Below, piece after piece: positions 19,332 to 28,751 of a stretch of DNA of 64,000 bases; within the stretch, counting starts at the first letter, position 1; each line of letters opens with the position of its first letter. The notes beneath the pieces were generated by a model. That model searched no databases and was not told where the DNA came from. It saw nothing but the letters and a program-made list of their open reading frames with translations. The DNA is from a virus, in IMG/VR virus record IMGVR_UViG_3300037067_012225, positions 3,127 to 67,126 of that record. One strand, written 5' to 3'. The translations under genes and the position numbers were made by a program.

Positions 19332-21179
19332 ATGGTCAAGAAACTAACGATTGGGATGGCCCATTACAATGACTTTGATGGGATTTATTTCTCCATTCAA
19401 GCATTGCGTCTATATCACGATCTAAATGAAGTCGATCTAATTATGATCGACAATTCTCCGAATACACCAGATGGCAAGGCTGTCGCATCTTTCCTTGCAG
19501 AGACTCCAGTCCGTTATATTGCTTATGAAGATGTTATTGGTGCTGCGAACGCGAAAGGCCGCGTCTTCGAAGAAGCACAGACTGAGTTCGTGCTTTGCAT
19601 GGATTGTCATGTTATGCTGGTACCAGGTGCAATCGAGCGGCTGATTGAATGGTACGAGCATAACCCAGACAATAATGATTTACTCACCGGCCCTCTTGTC
19701 TATAATAATCTATCTGACATCTCTACGCATTTTGATCTGATATGGCGCGGCTCTATGTGGGGGATTTGGAGCCGAGCATGGGCTTGTAAGTGTGGTAGAC
19801 ACTTCTCAATACCAATAGCGGCCGAAGACACTATAGTACATGATTTGATGGATTTTGATAAAGTTTATATGGTATGCCCTGATTGTGGACTGCGATATCC
19901 AAAAATTGCATATTTTGGACACGAAGCTGCATTTCGAAGTATCGGCTGTAAGCAAATCGGGTTTGATGACCACGACCAGCCCTTTGAGATTCCAGCAAAT
20001 GGCATGGGGCTTTTTACCTGTCGTAAAAGTGCTTGGCTTGGATTTAATCCGACATTTCGTGGGTTTGGTGGCGAAGAAGGTTATATTCATGTAAAATATC
20101 GTCAAGCTGATAGAAAATGCTTGAATTTGCCGTTTCTTAGATGGATACACAGATTTTTACGACCTAATGGTACGTCATATCCACTGAGCTATTGGGATAG
20201 AGTCAGAAACTACGTAATTGGACATCAAGAGCTGCAACTGCCTCTGGATGGAATAAAGAACCATTTTGTCGGCGTTGACAAACCGATAGATGAAAAATCT
20301 TGGAACTACCTCCTTGAAGATCCTATCGGCCATATCTTCTCACCATGTGCTGGATGTCAACGTATCGGAAACACAATCGAAGAAGCATTTGTGTGGACTG
20401 AATCGCACCCACATAATATGGGTAAGTATATGCCCAGATTTCGCGATTTAGCCTCGAAATGCAACCATATAACTGCATTTGTTAAGCAGAAAGAATTTGA
20501 TATCACATTATTAGCTGGTCGCCCGAAGGTTTTACGGGTTTATACGTCAGATCCGTCATCAGTTCATCAACAATTGTCGGAAATCGCCGGAGACACAAGT
20601 TATGTGAATTATGCTATTGACTGGATGCTGCTTAGTGATATCGATGAAACCGATATGCTAGTAATTCACTCCATCCATCAAGCTGATAGGCTATATGCTG
20701 AGCTGTCCAAGTTTGGCAGAAGAGTGCGTCGTTGGATTTTATTACGTTCTACTGGTGCATATGGAGAAGTAGGTGAGCCTTCTGGGCCAGGTTTATTTGT
20801 GGCGATGCGCAAGTGGATGCGTGAAAACCAAGAATGGTCAGTTATCGAACATCAGAACGAAGATTACGGCTATACTCTTCTTAGTAGAGATCCGGCAGAT
20901 AAGAAAAAGCTACCAGCACTACCGAAGATGGCATGGAACTATGCTAAGGCACTGGCGAAGCATAAACTGACCGGTGCTAGAACAGCAAGAATCGAGACGA
21001 TTGAAGCTAGGCTCAACAAATGTATGCTGTGTTTGCAGCGTACGGCCAACCGCTGTGCTGTTTGCGGCTGCTTCTTAGACGAAGGTCCTAGCGAAAGAGA
21101 TGGGAAAGTGCTGTGGCCCGAATCATTCTGTAATCTGGGCGAATGGGACGTCGAAGAATCACTCTTTAAGATGAAATAA
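19332..21179 (+). CDS. GT2-like glycosyltransferase with a possible methyltransferase-like domain and a C-terminal Cys cluster
   Basis: Motifs LTIGMAHYND, IDNS, CMDCH and FRGFGGEE. C-terminus RLNKCMLC...RCAVCGC...C. Confidence 0.75.
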   Translation: MVKKLTIGMAHYNDFDGIYFSIQALRLYHDLNEVDLIMIDNSPNTPDGKAVASFLAETPVRYIAYEDVIGAANAKGRVFEEAQTEFVLCMDCHVMLVPGAIERLIEWYEHNPDNNDLLTGPLVYNNLSDISTHFDLIWRGSMWGIWSRAWACKCGRHFSIPIAAEDTIVHDLMDFDKVYMVCPDCGLRYPKIAYFGHEAAFRSIGCKQIGFDDHDQPFEIPANGMGLFTCRKSAWLGFNPTFRGFGGEEGYIHVKYRQADRKCLNLPFLRWIHRFLRPNGTSYPLSYWDRVRNYVIGHQELQLPLDGIKNHFVGVDKPIDEKSWNYLLEDPIGHIFSPCAGCQRIGNTIEEAFVWTESHPHNMGKYMPRFRDLASKCNHITAFVKQKEFDITLLAGRPKVLRVYTSDPSSVHQQLSEIAGDTSYVNYAIDWMLLSDIDETDMLVIHSIHQADRLYAELSKFGRRVRRWILLRSTGAYGEVGEPSGPGLFVAMRKWMRENQEWSVIEHQNEDYGYTLLSRDPADKKKLPALPKMAWNYAKALAKHKLTGARTARIETIEARLNKCMLCLQRTANRCAVCGCFLDEGPSERDGKVLWPESFCNLGEWDVEESLFKMK

Positions 21180-21820
21180 TGATTAAATCACTACACAATA
21201 TTCACAAAGGCGAGACGATAGCTATAGTCGGTTCTGGCCCAACAGCAACTCGTTTTCTTGGTCAGGAGCCAATATCAATAGGAGTCAACGGTGCTGCTAA
21301 ACTTGGTAAGAAATTCAAGTATTTCATGTGTGGCGATGCTAGGTCGTCACATTTTGATTGGTTCAATATCAACTGCTCTGCGGTCAGAATTATAGCAAAG
21401 TTAACGGCTGCACCAGATAGGATTTTATATCCACTAGAGCTATTTCCAGATATAAAGCGTGTTGCTGTGGTTACCGCCAAGCAAAGCACAATAAAGCTTC
21501 CGTCACCGGTAGAACCGCATCGCACATTCATGTATAAGTGGTATAGGCCCGAGCGGCTTAAGGCAGACATGAATTATCTTATGTTCGGAGGCACTATAAG
21601 TTGCTGTGCAGTACAGCTTGCTTATCTTATGGGTGCAACTAAAATCGTATTGTATGGTTGCGGGTTCACCAGCATCGGCAAGCATTATTTTTATCAGACG
21701 CCGAGACCCGGCAGCATTTCTAATAGTCAACGTACTGTGATGAATACTATAATTAGCGAAATAAGGAAACGCGGTGTCCAATTTCAAATCGTCGGCGAAA
21801 CAACACTCAATACGTTCTAA
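21179..21820 (+). CDS. DUF115/Maf-like (sialyltransferase-like Rossmann) protein
   Basis: Motifs HKGETIAIVGSGPT, IGVN and AVQLAYLMGATKIVLYGC. Confidence 0.65.
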   Translation: MIKSLHNIHKGETIAIVGSGPTATRFLGQEPISIGVNGAAKLGKKFKYFMCGDARSSHFDWFNINCSAVRIIAKLTAAPDRILYPLELFPDIKRVAVVTAKQSTIKLPSPVEPHRTFMYKWYRPERLKADMNYLMFGGTISCCAVQLAYLMGATKIVLYGCGFTSIGKHYFYQTPRPGSISNSQRTVMNTIISEIRKRGVQFQIVGETTLNTF

Positions 21821-21829
21821 AGGATAGAT

Positions 21830-23338
21830 ATGCCAACAGCAACAATCATAATGTCGGTGTTGAATGAAGAATATACCGAAAAGACGATCGATACGATCAT
21901 AGCGAACACTATGCCGGGGTTGATTGACGAATTCATTATCGTGGACGATTGTAGTAAAGTGCCTGTTGTAATAGATAGGCCGAATGTTAGAGTGATACGA
22001 AACCAGTTAAGAGAAGGCTTGCAACGATCACGTAATACTGCCGCCGCCGCTGCGAAGTCGCCAGTCATAGTGTCTATTGATGCCCACGTTAAGGTTGCAC
22101 CAAATTGGCTGCTGCCGATTGTTAATCGACTGACAGAACGATATAACTGTGTTGGTGTACCTCTAACTAGAGGTCTTGATGCTCCGACTTGGACAGAGAC
22201 TACTGCTGCGTATGCTAAGACTGGCTGGCGTTGGAATCTTGATTTCAACTGGATTCATGATGATGGCACAGATAATACCCCATGTCTAGCCGGTCACTGC
22301 TTCGCATTCACAAAGCAATGGTGGGAGGAGATTGGTGGATTTGATACCGGTATGTACAAATGGGGATGTGAAAATATTGAATTTTCACTACGCACCTGGA
22401 TGGCTGGCGGATCTGTTGAGATAATCCGCGATTCAGTAGTAGCACACTGGTTCAAGAATAAGTTCAACTATGATCTCGATACGACAACACTTGAGCAAAA
22501 CAAGGCGCGGATAGCGGAAGTGTGGTTTGGCGATTATAAGAAGTTTTTCTATCAAGCTATTCGTAAGAAGCCGGGCGACATCAAGTTTGGTGACATCTCA
22601 GAACGCATAGTTATACGAGATCGTATCCAAAAGCGACCGTTTCAGTGGTTTTTAGATAATTTCTTGGCTGATTTGTCTAAAATCGAGATGCTGAAGAACC
22701 GGCATGCCAATACACGTATCGCTGTGCTTGGTGCGGGTCCATCGCTCGATCTTGTTACTAAGGGGATATTAGACGACTTCGATGTTGTTATAGGCGTAAA
22801 TTGGAACGCTTTGGTATTCGACTGTGATTATGTCGTCTTCCATGATCTGAAACCAGCCGAGTCGGTAATGGATGCCAAGCGTTACTTGCCGAACCAGCTT
22901 TTTATACCGAAAAAGTTGAAAACCGGTGCTGGTAAGACGTTGGTAGAACCACAAGAGAAGTTTTTCGATTGTATTACTTATGAGCTTGGTCCTCAAGATA
23001 GAGATTCTTGTTTGAATAATAAGGACCAACCATTTTTCCATCACGCTTCAACAGTGCATACTGCTATACATATTGCTGCATTTCTCGGCGCGAAGTCGAT
23101 TACTCTATTCGGCTGCGATGCACGGCTTGCGCCAGACGGGCGTAGTCATACCACACTAGTTCCACAATACAATAAGGGGAAATATTGGCCCGACAACAAA
23201 GATACTGAAAATTACATCGCTCGCATCAATAGAGGATATGATATGTTGCTTCCAGCTTTGAAGAAATGGAATATTTCTCTATTGAGATATGAATATATGA
23301 CGAGCAGCCAACCAACTGCGGTTCCTAAGAGTAGCTAA
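21830..23338 (+). CDS. Polypeptide N-acetylgalactosaminyltransferase (GT27)-like enzyme fused to a DUF115/Maf-like domain
   Basis: Motifs IIVDDCS, REGLQRSR, DAH, FDTGMYKWGCENIEFSLRTWMAGG, NKARIAEVW and FGDISER...FQWFLDN. C-terminal GAGPSL...AFLGAKSITLFGCD. Confidence 0.8.
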   Translation: MPTATIIMSVLNEEYTEKTIDTIIANTMPGLIDEFIIVDDCSKVPVVIDRPNVRVIRNQLREGLQRSRNTAAAAAKSPVIVSIDAHVKVAPNWLLPIVNRLTERYNCVGVPLTRGLDAPTWTETTAAYAKTGWRWNLDFNWIHDDGTDNTPCLAGHCFAFTKQWWEEIGGFDTGMYKWGCENIEFSLRTWMAGGSVEIIRDSVVAHWFKNKFNYDLDTTTLEQNKARIAEVWFGDYKKFFYQAIRKKPGDIKFGDISERIVIRDRIQKRPFQWFLDNFLADLSKIEMLKNRHANTRIAVLGAGPSLDLVTKGILDDFDVVIGVNWNALVFDCDYVVFHDLKPAESVMDAKRYLPNQLFIPKKLKTGAGKTLVEPQEKFFDCITYELGPQDRDSCLNNKDQPFFHHASTVHTAIHIAAFLGAKSITLFGCDARLAPDGRSHTTLVPQYNKGKYWPDNKDTENYIARINRGYDMLLPALKKWNISLLRYEYMTSSQPTAVPKSS

Positions 23339-23339
23339 T

Positions 23340-23666
23340 ATGGACATAGTGGTGCTCTTGATTGCGATTGTGGCTCTAATTGTAGCATCAATTGCATTAA
23401 CATTAGTACTGATCGTTTTCCGAGAATTTATTAGGGATACATTTGTTAATCGCAAGTTGGAAAGACCGCTTCAGAAAGATGCCACCGGAACGGACTCCGG
23501 GGAGCAGAGCTCAACAGCAAGAGCTGCTAATGCCCCCGAGCAGCCCGTTTCCTCTCCAGTTCTCCATGCACCAAATCTTGCCCCCGAGGCCCTTGCACCA
23601 TCAATCGGACGGCCACCAATCCCTAAAGGTGGATTCGGAACAAGAGTCACAAAACGTGACAAGTAG
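23340..23666 (+). CDS. Single-pass membrane protein with a Pro-rich tail
   Basis: ~25-residue hydrophobic N-terminus. Confidence 0.65.
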   Translation: MDIVVLLIAIVALIVASIALTLVLIVFREFIRDTFVNRKLERPLQKDATGTDSGEQSSTARAANAPEQPVSSPVLHAPNLAPEALAPSIGRPPIPKGGFGTRVTKRDK

Positions 23667-23739
23667 TGGTGATGAGGAATTGGAAGAATCGATTTTAGTA
23701 TTTGGATTGGGTGACGACTGCGAAATCAGGAGAGCCATA

Positions 23740-24810
23740 ATGAATGCAATCGGTATCGATATTGGAACGAAGAATATTGTTGTCTCGTTCCGACACAATA
23801 AGAAATTGATATTCCTTAGGGAGATCAATGGCTATTACTTGATTCCGCGTCCGAGCAAGTTTGTCGAGAATATGCTCGATGACCCCAATAAATTGCGGTC
23901 CGATGGGACGCGGCGACCAGCAAAATGGATTCGTCTGGATGGTAGGGACGGCATCTATATCCTAGGTAAGGATGCAGAAGAGTTGGCATATGCCCACAAT
24001 GATACGCTATTGCGTCCGATGGCCGAAGGTGGTGTTGCACCGGACGAGGCCGCTCTGATGGTTCTTTCAAGTATCGTGCAAGGTCTGCTGTCGATGTGTG
24101 AGCATGATGCTGGCGAATTCGAGCCAGAGATCAAACTATGCTATTGCACTACTGCAAAAGCACTCAACCGAACAATTAACATCGATTATCACCAACAAGT
24201 GATAAATCTGATACTTTCGGGCTACGAGACGAAATCAACAATCAAATCAACATCTATCAAAGAATCGCATGCTCTAGTCCTCAAAGAGACGCCAGATGCA
24301 ACTGGGATCGGTATATCTTGGGGTGCTGGTACTGTGACTGTCAGTTATGTTCTTTGGGGTAATGAGATTTATTCGTTTAGCTGGGTTGGTGCTGGCGACT
24401 GGATCGATTCAGAAGTTGCCAAGCGCCATGGATATGACCCTGAATCACCGCGTAAGAAGTCGTCTGAGACTCCGACAACGATTTGTCGGATGAAAGAAAA
24501 GATCGATCTCACTCAGACTTACACATCTCGCCTTGAGCTCGATATCATCTTGCACTATCGCATCTTGATCCAAAATGTTATTCGTGGTATAGTACAGGGG
24601 TTTGTCGATCATGAGACAAGTGCGCGTATCGACAAGCCTATCGACGTATTTATGGCTGGTGGGACGTCATGCCCGGCTGGCTTCGAAGAAATGGTGACGC
24701 AACTATTCGAAGAAGAAAAACCGCCGTTCGCAGTCAACAAAGTGAAAAGATGTAAAGATCCGCTGTTTGCTGTGGCAGAAGGTTGCTTAATTGCTGCAGA
24801 AACTTCTTGA
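23740..24810 (+). CDS. Actin-like ATPase (MreB/ParM/MamK superfamily)
   Basis: Phosphate-1 GIDIGTKN, phosphate-2 SWGAGT, adenosine motif AGGTS and DPLFAVAEG. AGGAG RBS before ATG 23740. Confidence 0.85.
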   Translation: MNAIGIDIGTKNIVVSFRHNKKLIFLREINGYYLIPRPSKFVENMLDDPNKLRSDGTRRPAKWIRLDGRDGIYILGKDAEELAYAHNDTLLRPMAEGGVAPDEAALMVLSSIVQGLLSMCEHDAGEFEPEIKLCYCTTAKALNRTINIDYHQQVINLILSGYETKSTIKSTSIKESHALVLKETPDATGIGISWGAGTVTVSYVLWGNEIYSFSWVGAGDWIDSEVAKRHGYDPESPRKKSSETPTTICRMKEKIDLTQTYTSRLELDIILHYRILIQNVIRGIVQGFVDHETSARIDKPIDVFMAGGTSCPAGFEEMVTQLFEEEKPPFAVNKVKRCKDPLFAVAEGCLIAAETS

Positions 24811-24819
24811 GCAAGAGCT

Positions 24820-26223
24820 ATGTCGGAAGAAGTTGAACCATCTCAATATACTGGTCCAAAGGAATTTGTGCATCTGCACCTGCATTCCTTATTCAGCTCT
24901 CTGGACGGTGTTCCGTCAGCAGAACAATACGCCGACGCATGCTTGAAGTCCGGATTTCCAGCGATGGCTGCCACAGAGCACGGCCATATGGCGTCATTCC
25001 CTGATATGTATTTCGCTTTTAAGAAGCGAAACCTGAAATATATCTCTGGGTGTGAGATTTATTATAACGATTACGAGGAGCTACGCAGAAAATTCGATAA
25101 AGCCGGTAAGAAACCAAAATCGCTGCCGAAGTCAATACAGACACGTATTACGCGTAATCGCCATCTGACTGTTCTGGCAAAGAACGCTGTCGGTGTTTCT
25201 AATCTGATTAAGTTGACGACATTGGCTTGGAAAGATGCATACGGCGGTAAACCACGTATTTGGTTTGATAAGCTATGCGAATACAAAGAAGGTTTAATCG
25301 TTTTATCAGGTTGTGTGAACGGTCCGCTATCGTATGAGCTGCGTTTAGATGTTGAGAACGACCTTGAGAATGGTAAACCTTGCCCTCGCAGCAAGGCTGA
25401 TAAGACAGCAGTTGAATATCTGAAAAGTTTTAAGGCAGCATTTGGAGAGGATTTCTTTATCGAAGTCCAAATGCCATGTCTCCCTGAATTACATGATGTT
25501 CAGGTTTTTCGTAGTTTGATTGAATATGCCGATACATACGGAGTGAGACCTGTCATCACCAACGATGCTCATTATTTGACGCGTGACGACGCCTACCTGC
25601 AAAAGATTATGATGGCGGTTGACCAGAAAACAGACATCCATGACACTAATATGTTCGCATCGCAAGGCGACGAGCAGTTTTTCAAATCGCGAGCAGAACT
25701 TTGGGCAACATTCAAGAATGGCGGTTATTCTAATGGAATAGACGATGCTAAATTTGAAGAAATATGCGATAACACACTATTGGTTGCGGAGCGATGTGAC
25801 AAGCTTGCACCTGATACATCGCCAAAGATTCCAGACTGGTCAAGTGTAGAGGTTGGTGTCAATGCAAACAAGGCTCTACGTGAAATAGTTGATCGAGAAT
25901 TGAAGAGAAGAGGCTGGGACAAAGACACAAAGAAGTGGCCTTGTGACGGCCGCATGGTGACATATGCAGAACAGGCAGAAATAGAACTGAGTCGATTCAT
26001 CGATAAAGGCTTCTCAAGTTACTTTTTGATAACAAGAGATTGGATTCAGTGGGGTAGAGAAAGAGGATGGCCTTTCGGTCCTCGTGGTAGTGCGGCTGGC
26101 TCATTGGTGTGCTATCTTCTTGGCATACACAACATCAATTCATTGGCGTGGGAACTGTCATTCGATCGATTTTTAGCTAGCTCGCGCGGTGGATATATGC
26201 TTAAAACCAAAATCGACGGATAA
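24820..26223 (+). CDS. dnaE: DNA polymerase III alpha, piece 1 (PHP domain and start of palm)
   Basis: Motifs FVHLHLHSLFSSLDG, TEHG, HLTVLAKN, TNDAHY, RGSAAGSLVCYLLGI and FDRFL. Confidence 0.92.
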   Translation: MSEEVEPSQYTGPKEFVHLHLHSLFSSLDGVPSAEQYADACLKSGFPAMAATEHGHMASFPDMYFAFKKRNLKYISGCEIYYNDYEELRRKFDKAGKKPKSLPKSIQTRITRNRHLTVLAKNAVGVSNLIKLTTLAWKDAYGGKPRIWFDKLCEYKEGLIVLSGCVNGPLSYELRLDVENDLENGKPCPRSKADKTAVEYLKSFKAAFGEDFFIEVQMPCLPELHDVQVFRSLIEYADTYGVRPVITNDAHYLTRDDAYLQKIMMAVDQKTDIHDTNMFASQGDEQFFKSRAELWATFKNGGYSNGIDDAKFEEICDNTLLVAERCDKLAPDTSPKIPDWSSVEVGVNANKALREIVDRELKRRGWDKDTKKWPCDGRMVTYAEQAEIELSRFIDKGFSSYFLITRDWIQWGRERGWPFGPRGSAAGSLVCYLLGIHNINSLAWELSFDRFLASSRGGYMLKTKIDG

Positions 26224-26227
26224 CTAA

Positions 26228-26653
26228 ATGGCCAAAGAAGATGCTTATGTCGACTCACTCCGAACGCTACATGCGGCACTTAACGATTATATGCTGCTTC
26301 TTGGTGAGCCGTGCCCACTATTAGGGCAAGTATGTATGCGTCTTATCGAGGTAATCGGTTGTTTACCACCCGGCGATGAAGCTATTGCTGCTAATATGGA
26401 CAAGTTGGCTGCGATTACTCTTGAAGCATCAATTCTTGGCATTGTCGACAGGTTAGAAGGTCTAGAACCGCATTCAGAAAAATGCTTGCAGAGCATTAAA
26501 GATTGTATGAATGTGACTGATGCCCTTAGTATACACGATCGTTGTGCTGTATTTTTCAAGGTGCTTGGTATTGCAATTACTGGTCTGCGTGAGATAACTA
26601 ACCAAGAATATCCACAACTTGCTGATGGAACAGGAAAGAAACTCGGGAGATAG
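26228..26653 (+). CDS. Hypothetical helical protein
   Basis: ORF between the dnaE pieces. Confidence 0.6.
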   Translation: MAKEDAYVDSLRTLHAALNDYMLLLGEPCPLLGQVCMRLIEVIGCLPPGDEAIAANMDKLAAITLEASILGIVDRLEGLEPHSEKCLQSIKDCMNVTDALSIHDRCAVFFKVLGIAITGLREITNQEYPQLADGTGKKLGR

Positions 26654-26655
26654 CT

Positions 26656-27126
26656 ATGAAAATTTCAATATGTGCGTGCGGATTTAGTGTTGACAATGGT
26701 AAGCCAACACAGCGTGGAGCCTGTGCTGCTGCATTAGAATATCTTGATGATCATGGCAGGAAAGGTACGAGAATCGTTAGTGAGCCGGTCGGAAATAGCA
26801 CAGGACCGCAATGTGATCTGAAGGCAGCCATACTGGGGCTGATGTCGGTCAAAGCCGATCCAGTCATTAGACGTAAATGGGATATCGAGCTATTCGTATC
26901 ACCTTACGTTGCACAATTAATGGTGCGTAAAGATGACGGGTTTAAATTGAATCCGAAGAAAAACATCGAATTGGTCCGACGCCTACGAGAGAAAGCCGAT
27001 TTATTCGGTGGCCTGGCTGTGACGGCTGGATCGAAAGAACAGTTACAACAAGCTTTAGATACAGCAAAGACGACTGTTGAAGTCAACATTGGAAGCGATA
27101 CTGGAACGGCGACAAATGGAGCTTGA
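26656..27126 (+). CDS. RNase HI-fold protein, catalytic residues apparently lost
   Basis: ICACG aligns to xYTDG, STGPQCDLKAAILGL to TNNxxELxAxIxAL, VSPYV to DSxYV and KNIEL to KNxDL. Confidence 0.55.
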   Translation: MKISICACGFSVDNGKPTQRGACAAALEYLDDHGRKGTRIVSEPVGNSTGPQCDLKAAILGLMSVKADPVIRRKWDIELFVSPYVAQLMVRKDDGFKLNPKKNIELVRRLREKADLFGGLAVTAGSKEQLQQALDTAKTTVEVNIGSDTGTATNGA

Positions 27127-27152
27127 ATAGGCTACCAGATTGAGAAGGTACT

Positions 27153-28751
27153 ATGGGAAAGTATAGCTTTGAAGTTATCGAACAAACTGCTCGTAAAAGG
27201 CTACAACAATTAAAATTGTCAGAAATCTATACTAAGCGGCTAAATTTTGAGCTAGACCAAGTTCGTATGCAGGGTGCTACTCGCTATTATGAAGATTTAA
27301 TAGAGGCGGACCGCAAATTTGATAAGAATCCAAATCAGCTTCTGTTGCCATGGTTATTAGGCCGCTTTACTGGTGACGCTAATGTTGATCCAATCGCGAA
27401 AAGGGATGGCCCGCTAGTTCTAAGTGCTAAATATGATGATATCCAAGAAATCATCAAACAAACTGGCAAACTCCCTGTCGACATAAAGCAAGATGATGAT
27501 AAACCAGATATCGATATTGATTGTCTGCCAGAAGCCAGAAACCAGATTAAAGATTATGTCGCTAGTCGATATGGCAAAAACAACGTTGCTAGTGTCGGAA
27601 CATGGCAGGCATACCTATTTAAGCAAGCACTAGCGGACGCTTATACAGCGTTGGGTCTTGCTAAGCTAGAAGGCGGTGGTATGGTCACGTCGCGTAATAG
27701 GGCGATTGAATTGACCAAAAACCTCCCAGATGACGTCAACGAGATGCGTGAGGGCGGATATGGCGCGTGCAAGGGTAGAGTGAAGCAAGATGGTGTAGAC
27801 AAAGAGTGTGGCTTCAAGCATAAGGGCCTCGTATGCCCGCAGTGTAGTAGCGGTGATACCGACTCGCCAACTATCGCTATGATTTTGCGCGACTATCCAG
27901 ACATTGAGAAATTCATATCTGAGAACAGAGAACAACACCAAAGAGTAGTCGATACAGCTATTCGTCTTGTTGGTCGTCTCAAGCATGCCGGTAAGCATGC
28001 TGGCGGCATTATTATCTCAGACCGTGATCTGTTCGGTAATGTACCGATGCAGCTTGACTCGAAAACCGGTCAATGGGTTAGTATTTGGACGGAAGGGCGT
28101 AGCACTCAGCTATCTAAATTCGGATACCTGAAATGGGATATGCTAGGACTTAAGAATCTAGCATATATCAAGACGTGCTGCGAGATGATTAAGGAGAATC
28201 ATGGCGTTTCGTTTGGCGACCAACTTCAAGGTCTTGATGAATCTGATCCAATTGATGATGTTGCTGGCTATTACTGGAAAGATGGCGAGAAGATAAAAAT
28301 GTCGCTCAACGACCCAGCGGCATTAAAGCTGGCGAACGACTCGATGACCGACAGTATCTTCCAATTTGATACTGATCTCGCAAAGAGAACGCTATCGGCT
28401 GGTGTGCGTAGTTTCCACGACTTGTTGATTTTCAATGCCATGGGACACCCTGGCCCGATGCAATGCGTCAGGTCAGATTCAAATATAACTATAGACAATG
28501 GTACTAAGAAGATCTGTAATCTAGACAATAATAAAGACAAAATAGCATATTTGGCCAGCAACGGATCTATCAAGTATACTGATAAGTTTGATGTAGTAGA
28601 GTCAGGCAGGAAAAAAATTTTTAGAGTTAGGTTAAAAAACGGCAACGAGTTATTTGTTTCTGGCGATCACCGATTTTTGACTGCTCGTGGTTATGTTAAA
28701 ACAAATGATCTCACAAAATTTGATAGAATCGCGAAAGCAGAAGCTATTTAA
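27153..28751 (+). CDS. dnaE: DNA polymerase III alpha, piece 2 (catalytic palm and fingers), ending in the N-half of a split intein
   Basis: Motifs PDIDID, GKHAGGIIIS, KWDMLGLKNL, IFQF and GHPGPMQ|C. Confidence 0.92.
   Translation: MGKYSFEVIEQTARKRLQQLKLSEIYTKRLNFELDQVRMQGATRYYEDLIEADRKFDKNPNQLLLPWLLGRFTGDANVDPIAKRDGPLVLSAKYDDIQEIIKQTGKLPVDIKQDDDKPDIDIDCLPEARNQIKDYVASRYGKNNVASVGTWQAYLFKQALADAYTALGLAKLEGGGMVTSRNRAIELTKNLPDDVNEMREGGYGACKGRVKQDGVDKECGFKHKGLVCPQCSSGDTDSPTIAMILRDYPDIEKFISENREQHQRVVDTAIRLVGRLKHAGKHAGGIIISDRDLFGNVPMQLDSKTGQWVSIWTEGRSTQLSKFGYLKWDMLGLKNLAYIKTCCEMIKENHGVSFGDQLQGLDESDPIDDVAGYYWKDGEKIKMSLNDPAALKLANDSMTDSIFQFDTDLAKRTLSAGVRSFHDLLIFNAMGHPGPMQCVRSDSNITIDNGTKKICNLDNNKDKIAYLASNGSIKYTDKFDVVESGRKKIFRVRLKNGNELFVSGDHRFLTARGYVKTNDLTKFDRIAKAEAI
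28464..28751 (+). mobile_element. Split intein N-fragment (95 aa)
   Basis: Starts at Cys1 (CVRSDSNI). Block B SGDHRFLT is followed by GYVKTNDL and a stop. Confidence 0.88.
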
